Assembly: GCF_009914755.1 (NCBI RefSeq)
Contig: NC_060934.1
Strand: one strand, 5' to 3'
DNA from: the human T2T-CHM13v2.0 reference genome, Homo sapiens
DNA length: 64,000 bases
Shown here: piece by piece, positions 49,813 to 64,000 of the stretch
How positions within the stretch are numbered: position 1 is the stretch's first letter
Layout of the letters: every line of letters begins with the position of its first letter
Made by a program: the position numbers and the translations under genes
Notes under the pieces: model-generated
Seen by the model: the letters and a program-made list of their open reading frames with translations, nothing else
Databases searched by the model: none
What the model was told of the DNA's origin: nothing

Positions 49813-51995
49813 TGTAAGTTGGCAAAATGAGACAAAATCCTAGTTACACATGAACACCAATGGCTGACTCAGCAATCTTTATCATGCTTCCCTAGCCCCA
49901 CCTATTTTTTTGGATGAATGTTTGTGCATAGTTATAGACAGTGTGCATATTCATGCTGCCTTTTCATAGCATGCAATACATATTTTAATGTGAGAAAGCA
50001 TACACATGCTATTTTACATTATAAAATAGTAATTTATAAAGTGGATGTAACCTACATAGCACAAATCACATGGATATGCTCCTATTACTGTAATCTTTGA
50101 ATACTTCCAACTTGAGCTACTATAATTATCTTATCCTTTTAGCTCTTTTTGTATTTTATATTACTACAAAAATGGGAAGTAGCCTAACTGTAACACTTAA
50201 AAACATAGCTGTGAAATTTATTGCCAATTTTTTTTTCCCGGAAGTCTCTACCAGTGTATACTGCCTGTAGAAAAAGTAGAAGACTACTGGTTTTCACATC
50301 TGCTAATGGTTTTGTCACATCTGCTAAGAGAATTGAACATCTTTTCTTAATCTTTTGCTAATTATTAGAAGAAAACCAGGAGCTTGCTATTTACATTTCT
50401 TTGTTTCTCGTAAGGCTGAACTTTTTCCCAACATGTTAGTTACAGGTTGTATTTTCTCTTTTGTAAATCTCCTGCTGATACCCATTTACCTTAATGTTTT
50501 TCATATCTATTGGCGCACACTCTTTGTTTAATAAGGTTATTTACCCTTGTCACGTATCCTGCAAACATTATTTCAGTTTGCTGTTTGTGTTTATATTTTA
50601 GTTACTTTTTATGTTCAGAGGTTTTAATTTTTTTGTAGTCAAATCCTTCAATATTGTCCTTTGTAACACAGAAAACAAAAGAAATGTATTACTGCTAGGT
50701 TGAGAAAATAATCTTTCTTTCACGGCTTAAAAAAATTTGTCATTCTGTTTTCTTGTTTTTCATTGATTTTTTTGAGAAAATATTGAACTCTTTAATCTAT
50801 TTGAAATTTACCTTGATGAATTGAGAGAGGTGATGGGCAGTCCCACTCCACTCTGACCTACCCAGACCTTCCTTAGAGTGCTATTTTTATTCCATTCTAG
50901 ATTTACTAGCCCACATTTGGAGGAAAATGCCTAGGATGACAAAAAGGAATGCAGTCCATGTGGTATGAGAAATGGCCTGAAGACCATAAGTTGAATGACA
51001 GCTGTTTAAAACCCTTATGATATTTGTCAGCATGTGCAGTAGTTAAGAAGCTCTGGGGGGCACAGGGACCTGGATTCATGTCCCAGCCTCACCACTTACG
51101 GGTATGTGTTTTCTGTTTTGTAACTCTGCTGCTCCTTAAAAACATTCAGAGAAATGGGTAACAGCAGCAGATTTACAAACGAAAAAATACATAGGATAAG
51201 ATGCAGATCCATGTTAAGCTTCAATTTCTTCATCTGTTAAATGAGAATAATAATACCTACCTCATGGTTATTACATGAAGATTAAATGGGAAAATACAGG
51301 TAAGCATTTAGGAAGACACTTGGTTCAGAGAAGGCACTCAATAAATACTGGTTGTCAGTGTCATTAATTTTGGTGTTTATTTTGTTTTGTGCTAGCCCAA
51401 AGAGTAAAGGATGCAGAATGACAAATTCTAGCCTCTATGAGGCAGGATTTGCTGATTTGCTGCGTTGTTTAAGGAGATAATGGCTCTTTTTCATGGGACA
51501 GTTTCAGGCAATGGCTGGGACAGGGCTGAGGCTTTCTGCGAATGGCTGGGCCACATGTTTTTCACAACCCCCCATGCTGTCACACTCTGAGCCCTGTGGA
51601 AGTTTGTGAAAGACTTGCTTCTTCCTGTCCCTGCCTTCCCTTGGCAGATTAGCTCAGAGATATAAATGAAATTGAGGCTTAGAACAGCCAGTGCAGAGTA
51701 TTAAATGCTAATTAGCTTGTCAACACCACAGATGATTTTGAAGAGAGGGAGATATGATGCAACATACACTTTGGGAGGAAATGCATAGGAGATTGCCTGG
51801 GAGGGTGGAGATTTGAGGCAGAGAGAGATTTAAAGGAGGTTTGTCCACTGGGAGAGATGGGAAGCCCTCAATATTGGGGGTGGGTATTGGTTGGTGGGGG
51901 TGCAAAGAGAGGAAGGGCAGAGTTGGTGACTTGGGTCAGATTCAAGACACAATGAAGAGGAGAGCTGACAGGATTTGACCACTTTTACCTCTGTG

Positions 51996-52985
51996 TTGTC
52001 AAAGAGAAACAAAGCTGGACATTAGTTAAAAGTGATAAAAACTACTTTATTCAGTAAAACTGACAATAGCGGGAAGAGCTGAGCTCTGTTCAAATTTGTA
52101 CAGAGGCGACTGGGCTATTTAAAGGGAGAATGAGGGAACAGGGAGTGGGAGCAAGCAAGGGCTCAGTAGTGTCAGGGAAGTGAAACAAAAAGGGCTAAGA
52201 GGGTTAGTCAGTGTAAATATGATGAGGCCAGCTGTGTTTGCTTGCTGGAAATTACTGAAGTTAGGATTCTATCCTCCTCCAGAGACTGGGGGACAGAAGC
52301 TCCATTTTTCTTGATAATTACATTTCAAAGAAATAGTTTTCAGGTCCTTGAGAAGGACACACTTAAGTTACAGGAGATACAGATGCTCTTCAACTTACTT
52401 TGGTGTTTTGTCTCAATAAACCCATTGTAAATTGAAAATATTATAAGTCAAAAATACACTTAATACACCTTACAAAACATCATAGCTTAGCCCAATCAAC
52501 CTTAAGTGTGCTCAGAAGACTTACATTAGCCTACCATTGGGTGAAATCATCTAACACAAGGCCCATTTTATAATAAAGTGTTGAATATCTCATGTAATTT
52601 ATTGAATGCTGTACTGAAAGTGAAGAACAGAATGGTTGCACCATTCTGAAGTACAGTTTCTCTGAATGTGTATCACCTTCACACCATTGCCAAGCCAAAA
52701 AATCACAGATTGAACCATCGTAGGTCGCGGACCATCTGTATCTCAAAGGGACAGAGGGAGGATTTACAATTGTAAGCTATTTTTTTTTAGTAAATGCTCC
52801 AGTAAAGTGGGAGTATCAGTGGCCTATCATCAGGTGTTGGCTAGATCAAAAGGTAAATTCTTTTGACAGCCTTGAGCAAGTCTTCAGATAGGAACTCAAA
52901 GCAGTGCTGGGTCGACCTAGGGATTGGCTTAGGCAAGCAGAAGCCAAGCCAGCATTGTTGGCCAAGTCTCAGTGCAGGGGTGGGA
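51996..52985 (-). mobile_element. ERV1 solo LTR (MER31/MER34-like) interrupted by a Tigger element
   Basis: TGTCAAAGAG...CTTTATTCAG...GAGCTGAGCTC...TTTAAAGGGAGAATGAGGG pattern of a reverse-strand ERV1 LTR; family and right boundary uncertain. Confidence 0.5.
52380..52738. mobile_element. Tigger3a/MER7A-like Tc1-mariner MITE
   Basis: TIRs CAGATGCTCTTCAACTTAC ... GTAGGTCGCGGACCATCTG; TA TSD on both sides. Confidence 0.85.
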
Positions 52986-54371
52986 GCCCTCAGCTCTCTG
53001 TGCAGGGCATAGGACATTACAGAGAGGTAAAGAATTGGAGTGCTGGATGCTATTCCTTGTTCTGCAATTCATGAATAGGAAAAACATTGCTTCTCTTTTA
53101 TTGTGGTGATCAAAAGGGATAATATATGTAAAATTACTTGGACAATAGAAATATTTTTAATACTGAGAACCATAGTTGGAGAACTTGGCTCCCTCTCCTG
53201 TCATGAATTAATGTAGCAGCATAAATGGCCAGATCCTTCTAGGGAGGAACCCTGAAGGCGAGACTGCCAGACCTCCTTTTTCATTCCCTTTGTAAAGTGC
53301 TTGCTTACAACTGATGCTTCATGCTTGTTTCCTTGTTTTTTTTGTTTTTTTCTTTTCTCTTTGGACTTGCTTTTTCTGCTTAAGGCACTGCAACCCAAAA
53401 TCCATTGCCAGCAGGGAAAATGCTTTAAAAGGAATGCTAAGTATGTTCAAAGTGTGACAAAGATTATTTTTTGATTTTAAAGGCTTTTTGGGTATTATTA
53501 TATTAAAAAAGAAAGATGGAATTTGATAATTCTTACTACTTTTCTGCCCTGTATCCATGAGATATGTTACTTGGAAAATATTCAGTCCTCTGAAAAAGGC
53601 TGTGACATCATTTCTTACTTTATAGGACTGATGGAAATATTCAAATGACGTACTAGTTTATCAACTTGAAACCTTAATTAACGTAAAACACTTTTTGAAT
53701 TTGGTTGAAAACACTAGGTAAAGTTTCCTTTTTACCTTATGTGTACTTAATCTCTCCCCAGAGCGGTAGTTGCTAAAGCGTCTTGCAGGCAGTGCTAAGG
53801 AATAATGTCTTGTTATTATAATGCTTTCATCTTTTCAAAGTGCCTTTCGTTATCTCATTTGATCCTCACAACCAACTGTGGAACTTGTTAGGGCGAGGGC
53901 TAGCGTGCCAGATGCACGGATGAGGAAACTGAAGCCCAGGAATGCGTGACTGAGTGGTGGAGATAAAGACAGGGGCTGGATCTCCTGTCTGTTAATTGGA
54001 GGTGCCACAAAGTACCGCAGACCTGGTCCCACAGCTAGCAGTTTTTGAATAGACCATGGCAGGGATGGAGCATTGTAAATCTAGTAGAAATTCATAATTA
54101 AGCTCTACATGTCCAGTCAAATGCTTGGGGAAGCCTTGTTTTGGGGTTAAATTGAGATTACTGTTCAATGTGTTGTTGAATATCCCATATAGAAAAATTT
54201 TGGAAGGTTTAAAACTAAGAACAGTTTCTTTTGATATCAGGATGTTTCATTTTTTCAAAAAAATAGTCTATTAAAATATTTAAATACCATATGATTTACA
54301 CACTAAAAGTGTACAATTTATTTTTTTTTACTACATTCACATATATGTACAACTATCACCACAGTGCCCTT

Positions 54372-54695
<324 letters not shown>

Positions 54696-55980
54696 TCACA
54701 GAACACTTTAGAATATTTTCATCATGTCAAAAAGAAACTCTCTACCCTTTAGTTATCACCCTTGTATTCCCCATCTACCCCAACACTAAGCTAGAACTAA
54801 TCTACTTTATGTGTTTGTAGATTTCCCTGTACTAGATTTTCATAGGAATGAAATTGTATAATATGTGGACTTTAGTGAGGGGATTCTTTCACTTAGCATA
54901 ACGTTTACAAGGTTCATCTAAGATGTAACATGTGTCAGTGTTTCCTTCCTTTTTATGGCTGAATAATATTCTAGTGTATGGTATATCTTTATTAGTTGGT
55001 GGACATTTGGGTTGGTTCTACCTTTTGGCTATTGTGAATAATACTGCTTTTCATATTTCTGTACACAGTTTTGTGTGCACATATGTTCTCATTTCTCTTG
55101 GCTAAATACTTTGGAGTGAAATTACTGGGTCATATAACAACTTTATGTTTGAGGAGCTGCTAGATTGTTTTCCAAAGTGTCTTCACCATTTTACATCCCC
55201 ACTAGCAGTGTGTAAGTGTTCCCATTTCTCAACATTCTTGCAAGCACTTGTTATCATATAACATTTTGATTGAGCCATCCTAGGAGATATGAAGTCGTAT
55301 CTCATGGTGGTTTTAACTTTTACTTCCTTGAGGACTGATGTGAGCATCTTTTCATGTGCTTATTGGTTATTTGTATATCTTCTCTGAAAAAAAAAGTCTA
55401 GTCAGATCCTTTGTCCATTATTTAGCTAGACTGTTTGCTTTTGAGATGTGAGAGTTTAAAGAATGTATTCCAGAGATAAGTCTCTTAGACATGTGGTTTG
55501 CAAATATTTTCTCCCATTCTGTGGGTTTTCGTGTGGTGTCCTTTGAAGCACATGGTTTAAAATTTTGTGGAAAGCTACTTTACTTCCTTTTGTTGCTCAT
55601 GCTTTGGATGCCATATGTAAAAATCCATTGCCAAACCCAAGGTCATGAAGACGTACAATTTACTCCTGTGTTTTCCCCTAAGAGTTTTATAGTTTGAACT
55701 CTTACATTTAAATGTTTGATCCATTTTGAGTTAATATTGTATATGGTGTGAAGGAAGAGCCCAGGTTAATTTTTGTGTATGTGAATATCCATTTGTCCCA
55801 GCACTATGTGTTGAAAAGTCTATTCTTTCCTCTTTGAATGGTCTTAGCACTCTTGTTGAAATCAGTTGACTATAGATGTATGGTTTTATTTCTGGACTGA
55901 CAGTTCTATTCCTTTGATTCATGTCTATCTTTATGCCAGTACCACAATATCTTGATTACCATTCTTTTGTAGAAAGTTTT

Positions 55981-56641
<661 letters not shown>

Positions 56642-57782
56642 CTATTCTTGGTTCCTTAAGTTCTATATGAATTTGATAATCAGCTAACTAATCTCCACAA
56701 AGAATTCAGTTGGGATTCTGGTAGTGATTACACTGAATCTCTGTATCAGTTTAGGGAGTATTGGCATCATGTTGTCTTCTGATGCATGAAGATGTGATGT
56801 TTTTCCACTTATTTAATGTCAGTAATGTTTTGTAGTCTTCAGAGTTTTGAACTTCTTTTGTTAAATTTATTTCGAAGTATTTTATTCTTATTGATGTTAT
56901 TTTGAATGGAATTGTTTTCTTAATTTCATTTTTAGATTGCTCATTTACAAATGTACAAAATACAATTGTATAATTGATTTCTGTATATTGATCTTATATC
57001 TTGCAACCTTGCTAAACTTGTTTATTATAGTATTTTTTTAATGGATTCCTTAGCATTTTCTATTTATAACATCAGATAATGTCATCTGTGAGCAGAGATA
57101 GTTTTACTTCTTCCTTTCATACCTGGATGTCTTTTCTTTTTCTTTCCTAATTGGCCTGACTAGAACCTCTAGTACAATGTTGAACAGAAGTAGTAAGAGC
57201 AGACATCCTTGTCTTGTTCCTGCTCATAGAGGGGAAAACATCCAGTTTTTCATCAGTGAACATGATGTTAACTACTGGTTTTTCAGAAGCCCTTCATTAT
57301 GTTGAGACAATTCCCTTCTATTCCTAGTTTATTAGTTTTTATTATGAATGGGCATCAGATATTGTCAAATCTTTTTTTTCATTTATTGGAATGATTAGAT
57401 AATTTTATTTTTTATTGTATTGATATAATGTATTAAACTAATTTTCAGATGTTGAATCAACCTTGCATTCCTGGGATAAATTCCACATGGTAATGGAATA
57501 TAATCCTTTTAATATGCTTCTGGATCTGATTTATTAGTATTTTGTTGGGACATTTTACATCTATATTTATAAGAGATATTAGTCTATAGTTTTCTTGTCA
57601 TTTTTTTCCACCTGGTTTTGGTATCAGGTTAATACTGGCCTCATAAAATAATTTGGGAAGTGCTCTCTGCTGCTTTTTGGAAGAGTTTGTGAAAAATTAG
57701 TATAAATTCTTCTTTAAATATTTGGCAGAATTCGCCAGTGAAGCCGTATGGGTTTGGGCTTTTCTTTGTGGATAGGTTTTTT

Positions 57783-59822
57783 GTTGTTGTTTTGTTTTTG
57801 ACTTTACTAAACATTAAAGCACACATGAATGTTTTCTGTGGAGTAGGACTAAAGGACATCAGGGGAGGAGAAAGGGATACTTGGGAAGAGAATCACACAA
57901 CAAGGACCTATCTTCACAAAAAGGGCTCAATATTGATTTCCAGGGAGGAACAGGGAATGGTCAGCTCAAATTTGGTGATAACATCAGGATGAAGGACTCC
58001 AAGCTTCCTGACATTTTGTCTCCTGGCAAAGATCTCTGTGCATTGCCCAGGGAAGAAAGCGGTTCCTTTTGATGATTTGATCACATATCCCCCTTTATTT
58101 TCAACAGGAGGTACATTGCACAGCTGTGTAATTCCGTCCAGATGCATATGGATGACCTTAAACCCAGGATTCTTGTCGTAATAAACAGCAAAGAGATGCC
58201 CATAGTTTTTTGTACCTACATCTCTGCTAGAATCTTTTATTACAATGTTAGAGATTTCAAATAGTTTTAGAGGAAGGAGCATCTTCTGATTTGTTTCTAT
58301 GGTCTTCAGAGCACCAAGAAGGGTAATGAATGCTGCGCGTAATTGAGCTGTTTTAGTTTTACTTATGTGGACTGCTTTTGTTGCAGAGATAATCCAAAAC
58401 AAGTTTATCAGAAATATCCTCTTGGAGCAGAGAGCAAAGATGAGTGCTTCAGTGAATCCATGTCTACCATGGATTCAGCTACCATGTCATGTCTGATAAA
58501 TTTTTTGAGCTTATTAAGAGGAAATTGATTAGCTGTGGTGTTTATGGGAGAGTCATCTGAATATTGTTATATCCATAAGCAATAGCTGCATCTTCTACAA
58601 TATCACATGCATGGATAATGTCAGCTGTGGTCAGAGGGATTTTATTCTCAGTGTGATTCCCATTGCCGATGACTTTGGACTTCAAATACATCCTGGTCAG
58701 AAGCTAGGCAAGATTTTCTGGAGTTTCTCTGATTTCTTTTTTTTTTTTTTTTGTTAACGAAATCAGCTTTCACTATATCTTTTTGAACAATTTTTAATTA
58801 AAAATATTTTTATAAAGATGGGATCTCACTATGTTGCCCAGGCTGGTCTTGAACCCCTGGACTCAAGCGATCTTCCCACCTCAGCTTCCCAAAGTGCTGG
58901 GATTACAGGTGTGAGCTACCATGCCCAGCCTCACTATCTCCTTTTGGTAAGCTAGTTTTGGAAAAGTATATGCTTTTCCATTAGGAAAATTACCTCAGTT
59001 GCTTCGATTGTAAATTGGTTCTCAATATAGTCACTGAAAATGGTGTCAAGATAATATCAAGAACTCTTTTTGCCTTAGTAAAGTCACTTCCTGTGCATTT
59101 GATAAATACCTTTCTAGTATTTAATTTTGGAGTCATCCTCATTGGTGATGGAAGGCATTGAAAGGACGACACCCTTGCTATCATAGATAACTGGGTACAG
59201 GGGTTTATTTCCAATGACATGTTAATAGTGTTTAAGGTGGTTGTCAGTCTTGTACATGTTCATCGGCTCACAGACTGTATACTCCTTGGCCTTATTTAGG
59301 GCTTGCACTTGATATCTAAAGGACACTTTGCACAGTACAAGTAAATGGGTGACAAAGTGTCCAATGGGTTCCAGTAGCAACCAATGCTCTTTTCCAGCAA
59401 ATATCCTGATGCAATTTCTCCTGATGTTCAATGAAGCTGTCATATTGATCTTTAGTAAGCTTTAGATTTTGGAGAACTGCTGCTACTGTAAAGGGCATAC
59501 CTTAACTATCTTTTCTGTGATAATCAATTTCTGGATTTTTCCATTAGGCATTACCTGTTTATATGCCAGAGCCTTTATCCTTTCTTTGAAGACCTGAAGT
59601 CCTCAAATCAATCCTTCCAGATACATGAAGTCATATCTATTGACAGAGATGTCAATTTTGCAAAGAACATTAGAAGTCCCTTCTGCCTTTACATTATCTT
59701 GTTCATTACTTATTTCCTTCTCAAAAGTAATGTCATCAACTTCCAGACCTAATTGAAAACATAGTTCATCAAATTCTTCATCAGTGTAGGCCTGGCCCAG
59801 GGTTTGGAAGAACAAAAGGTGC
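57783..59822 (-). pseudogene. FARSB: Processed pseudogene of phenylalanyl-tRNA synthetase beta subunit (FARSB retrocopy)
   Basis: Intronless collinear matches from [18 protein letters not shown] through [19 protein letters not shown] and [10 protein letters not shown] to [29 protein letters not shown]; many stops and frameshifts; short 3'UTR; decayed A/(AAC) tail; ~20-bp TSD TTCTTTGTGG(A/G)TAG(G)TTTTTT at 57762-57782 and 59823-59842. Confidence 0.95.
58786..58930 (-). mobile_element. FLAM-type Alu monomer inside the FARSB retrocopy
   Basis: Single left-arm-like unit with AT-rich tail; degenerate 16-bp TSD TCACTATATCTTTTTG (58770) / TCACTATCTCCTTTTG (58931). Confidence 0.85.
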
Positions 59823-61211
59823 TTCTTTGTGGGTAGTTTTTTGATTACTGATTCAATCTCTTTACTTATTACAAGTCTATTTATATAATCTCTTTCTTCT
59901 TGAGTCAGTTTCAGTAGTTTGCATCTTTTAAAATATCTGTCCATCTCATCTAATTTATCTGATTTGTTGGCATACATTGTTCATAGTATTCCTTTATAGT
60001 CTTTTTTATTTCTGTTAGGTCATTTAATGTCCCTCTTTTGTTTTTGTTGTTATTAATTTGAGTCTTTTCTTTTTCCCTTGGCCAATCTAGCTTAAGTTTG
60101 CTATTTTTGTTGATCTTTTCAAGGAATTGGCTTTTGTTTTCATTGATTTTCTCTGTTGTTTTCCAATTCTCTGTTTCATTAACTTCTGCTCTAATCTTTG
60201 TTTCCTTCAATCTGCCTGCTTAAAGCTTACTTTGCTCTTCTTTTTCCAGTATCTTACATTGGAAAGTTAGGTTATCGATTTGGGATCTTCTTCTTCTTTT
60301 TTTTTTTTTTTCTTAATTTAGGCACAGACTTGCCTTTGTTACAGAATTTCCTTAGGTTTTCTTGAATAGATGTGTTTTCATTTGCTGCTTGCTATCAGGC
60401 CCACTTCCAGGGGCTTCAAATTCTGTGTGTGTATACAATTTCAATAGTTTCACTAAGGAACAGGTCAGCTGAGCTCCTCATGTGGTCATGCCAGAAGTTG
60501 ATCTCATGCTCCCTTTTTGTTAGAGGACTTTAGGGGAGATAGAGTGTTGACTTTGTGGACACTACCAGAGGTAGGACAGAGTCAAAGGAGAGTGTACTTG
60601 AAGGAAGGTAGGCAGTAGATGTGAAGACCCGGGGCACTGGACATGAAGGAGGGGTAAACATTTTCAGTGCAAATCTGAAGGTGGAATTTGGAATAATGGA
60701 TGTAGGTTTAAGCTAAACATCAGGATGAACTTTTCAAAAACTGGAATTCTGTCAGTGCATAAAACTGTCCCATGTTTGGGCACCTGTATGCTCTCGGAGA
60801 TCATCCACATTGTCAAGGACACTGTGGAAAAGATTTTCTCACTGGTGGTATGATGGATGATGTGACCTCATTTTCTTGCAAGCAAAAGTTTCAGAGATCA
60901 TTGCATGACAGGGTCTCATAGATGGCTTTGGGGACAAGGGTTTGCATTTAGCAAGGATCACAGCACACCATGTTTTATGAGAAAGAGCACATCTCTTTCT
61001 AATAAGTATAAAACACATCCCCAGATATATACATCTGTGTGTACAATTTATTTTTTGCTATTTTATTTTCAAGTAAAGAAGCCAAGGTATCTTCCAAAAA
61101 CAATTAGAGTTGATACAGTAAGATTTTTTTCCCTTGATACGTATTTTTAAAATATATTTTTCTTTTGAGAGAAGTACTATAGGAGCTTTTTGAAATTTGA
61201 GTGTTCCTAGG

Positions 61212-61603
61212 TGTGTTAGTATACTAGTGCTGCCATAACAAAATACTACAGGCTGGGTGGCTTAGAGAACAGAAATTTATTTCTCACAGTTCTGGAGTCT
61301 AAATGTCAAAAATCAAGATATCCATAGCTGTGGTTTCTTTTGAGGCCTCTCTCCTTGGCTTGCAGCTGGTCGTCTTCTCACTGTGTTCTCACAGGGTTGC
61401 CCCTTGGTCTGTATGTTGTCTGTGACTTAACCTCCTCCTTTTATGACACCAGTCACACTGGATTGGGGCCCACCCATCTGACCTCATTTTATCTTAATCA
61501 CTTCTTTAAAGGTCTTTGTCTCAAAATATAGTTACATTTTGAGGTACTAAGGATGTGGACTTCAACAGATGAATTTTGGGGAGACACAATTCAGCTCTCA
61601 ACA
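61212..61603 (-). mobile_element. MLT1A/B-type MaLR solo LTR
   Basis: TGTGTTAGT...GCTGCCATAACAAAATAC...TTTCTCACAGTTCTGGAG...ACACAATTCAGCTCTCAACA; TSD CTAGG/CTAGC. Confidence 0.82.
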
Positions 61604-62394
61604 CTAGCTTTTGCTTCCCCCTCCAATGCTGTTTCTGTTTGTAGTTTTCCTTGAGTAGTGATCAGCTAGAGGGTACAGAAAACTCTGAATTTAGAGAAAT
61701 TCATGCTGTCACTACTTAACTATTGCCTACCTTGGGTCATAATAGATTTGGCTTTTGATTGTCAGATTGCTGGCACCAGCAAAGTCCCATGCCTGGCAGC
61801 TCATGGTTATTTCTGCAGAGAAATTAGCTGGAAGGAACAGATGCAGGATGTCCTTCCAGAAATCATTGTCAGCCCAGTTGCACCCAAGTGAGTTGAGACA
61901 CAGTAGCCTTGCAGATATAATAGCCTTTCAACAGATCTTCCAGGGAAAACAATAGCACATTCACGTTTGTATTAAAGATCAAGAACACCTCTGATTGCTT
62001 TTTTGCTTTTTTTTTTCTTGTGAAGCTAATTATGCTTCTGCAAATCTAACTGCTTTGTTGAGTCCTGCAACACATATTACCAGCTAATACATAATGCATC
62101 CTACTGAAGCCAAGTACGTGGATGATGTGGAGACCCTTATATCTATCCTACAATTTTACTGTAGACTCACTCCTTTGCCAGTTCATTTTATGAGGCAAAG
62201 TTTTGAATGAATAAAATGATATAACTGTATATATTCTTTCATAAGATATTCTCACATATTTTTTCATGAGAATCTTACATATTCTTTCACTCATGCTATC
62301 ATAAGTGTGTTTTTTTCTCTCCTGTTCACAAAACACAGTTGTCATTTCAGCTAAAATGAGTCAACTCAAAATTTATTTTCTAATTACAAATTTA

Positions 62395-62713
<319 letters not shown>

Positions 62714-62864
62714 ACACAGAAAAGCACAGCAGAAATAATAAAATCACACGTAACTGCATTCCCTCAAAATAACCACTGTAATTTTTTTCACATTTTTCCC
62801 ATCTTTTTTTCTGTGCATGACTTTTTACGTCTCTCTATATTTATGAAATTATAACAAAATACTA

Positions 62865-63149
<285 letters not shown>

Positions 63150-64000
63150 TCAGGTAAAGAATACTGAGGTTATTACTTTTGCCTATATATGTTTGAGCAT
63201 ATATCTGATAACTATGTTTGCTTAGTCTTCACTAATTTGAAATGATATATTTAGCATATCAAAAAATGCCTAGATGTAACGGGCTATTTATTGGTTTAAC
63301 ACTGCTTCACTGATTTGTCTCTTCTGGCATCAGCACTATTTTGCTGTAGTTAATAAAATATAAGTTCAGGTTAAACATCTTGCATTGTGAATAGGAAGTA
63401 TTTTATTATCTGTTCTCCATATTACTGTTTTGGGTGAAATTTAATTTAGCAAACGTAGTATCTATATCAATATGATCCAACATCTTTCTGTCTTTCATCT
63501 ATTTAATTTTTAAAAAACATTTTCTGGAACCTACATTATGGTATCACATAATAATGGTATTAGCAAGCTTCTTTATCTTATTCATACATTTAATGAAAAT
63601 ACTAATAATGTTTCTCTGTGAATTTTGTTGTTTACTCTAGGTTCTGGCAGATTCACTTGATCTGATTAAAGTTTTCTTTTCTACCTAGTTTACTAGTTTT
63701 TTGTAGTAAGACTATGTACTGAATTTGATTAAAAACTTTTAACTCTTATAGGGATCACACAGCTTTTTTGTCTTTAAATATATTTTGCTACATTAAGAGA
63801 TTTCATATGGTATCATAGTTGCATTGCTAAGATAAACCCTTTTGGCATACTCGTGGGTTCCATTTGCAAAAATTTCACTTAGGATTTTTGCATTTTCAAT
63901 CTTATAATATTCCATCTCTTTTTCCTACTTGCCCTCCCTCTTTGCTCTCCTGTTCTGATTTTGATTCAGGGGCACTGGGATAATCTGTTTTCCTAAAGTG

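Noticed and set aside
50290-50327. Short direct duplication TCACATCTGCTAA x2 (similar ones at ~2280-2325 and ~37133-37160)
   Set aside because: Ordinary slippage micro-duplications in old repeat or neutral sequence.
57914-58402. 162-aa FARSB C-terminal ORF as a functional gene or exon
   Set aside because: Intronless, diverged from FARSB, and part of a TSD-flanked retrocopy with multiple upstream disruptions.

Overview
Primate (very probably human) genomic DNA with no intact cellular protein-coding gene that I can support; nearly all recognisable content is transposable-element or retrocopy derived. The largest elements are: (1) a full-length L1PA2-like LINE-1 on the minus strand (2518-8583) with a 13-bp TSD, intact ORF1, an ORF2 broken by three lesions and a frameshifted antisense ORF0; (2) a complete class I provirus of the HERV-I/HERVIP10 (LTR10) type on the plus strand (18675-28074) with two ~508-bp LTRs, a GGTC TSD, a tRNA-Lys-like PBS, decayed gag/pro-pol/env and an AluY in pol; (3) a processed FARSB pseudogene on the minus strand (~57783-59822), inserted in-frame into ORF2 of an old L1M element and itself interrupted by an Alu monomer. 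The remainder is Alus, MaLR and ERV1 solo LTRs, hAT and Tigger remnants, MIR, old L1 and microsatellites. I found no convincing new biological system. The best leads are a p53-like site apparently created by CpG decay in only the 3' LTR, the L1-ORF2::FARSB chimeric ORF, the Lys PBS with a tandem-expanded gag, and the altered ORF0. Subfamily names come from recalled consensus sequences and need RepeatMasker/Dfam confirmation; boundaries of old elements are approximate.
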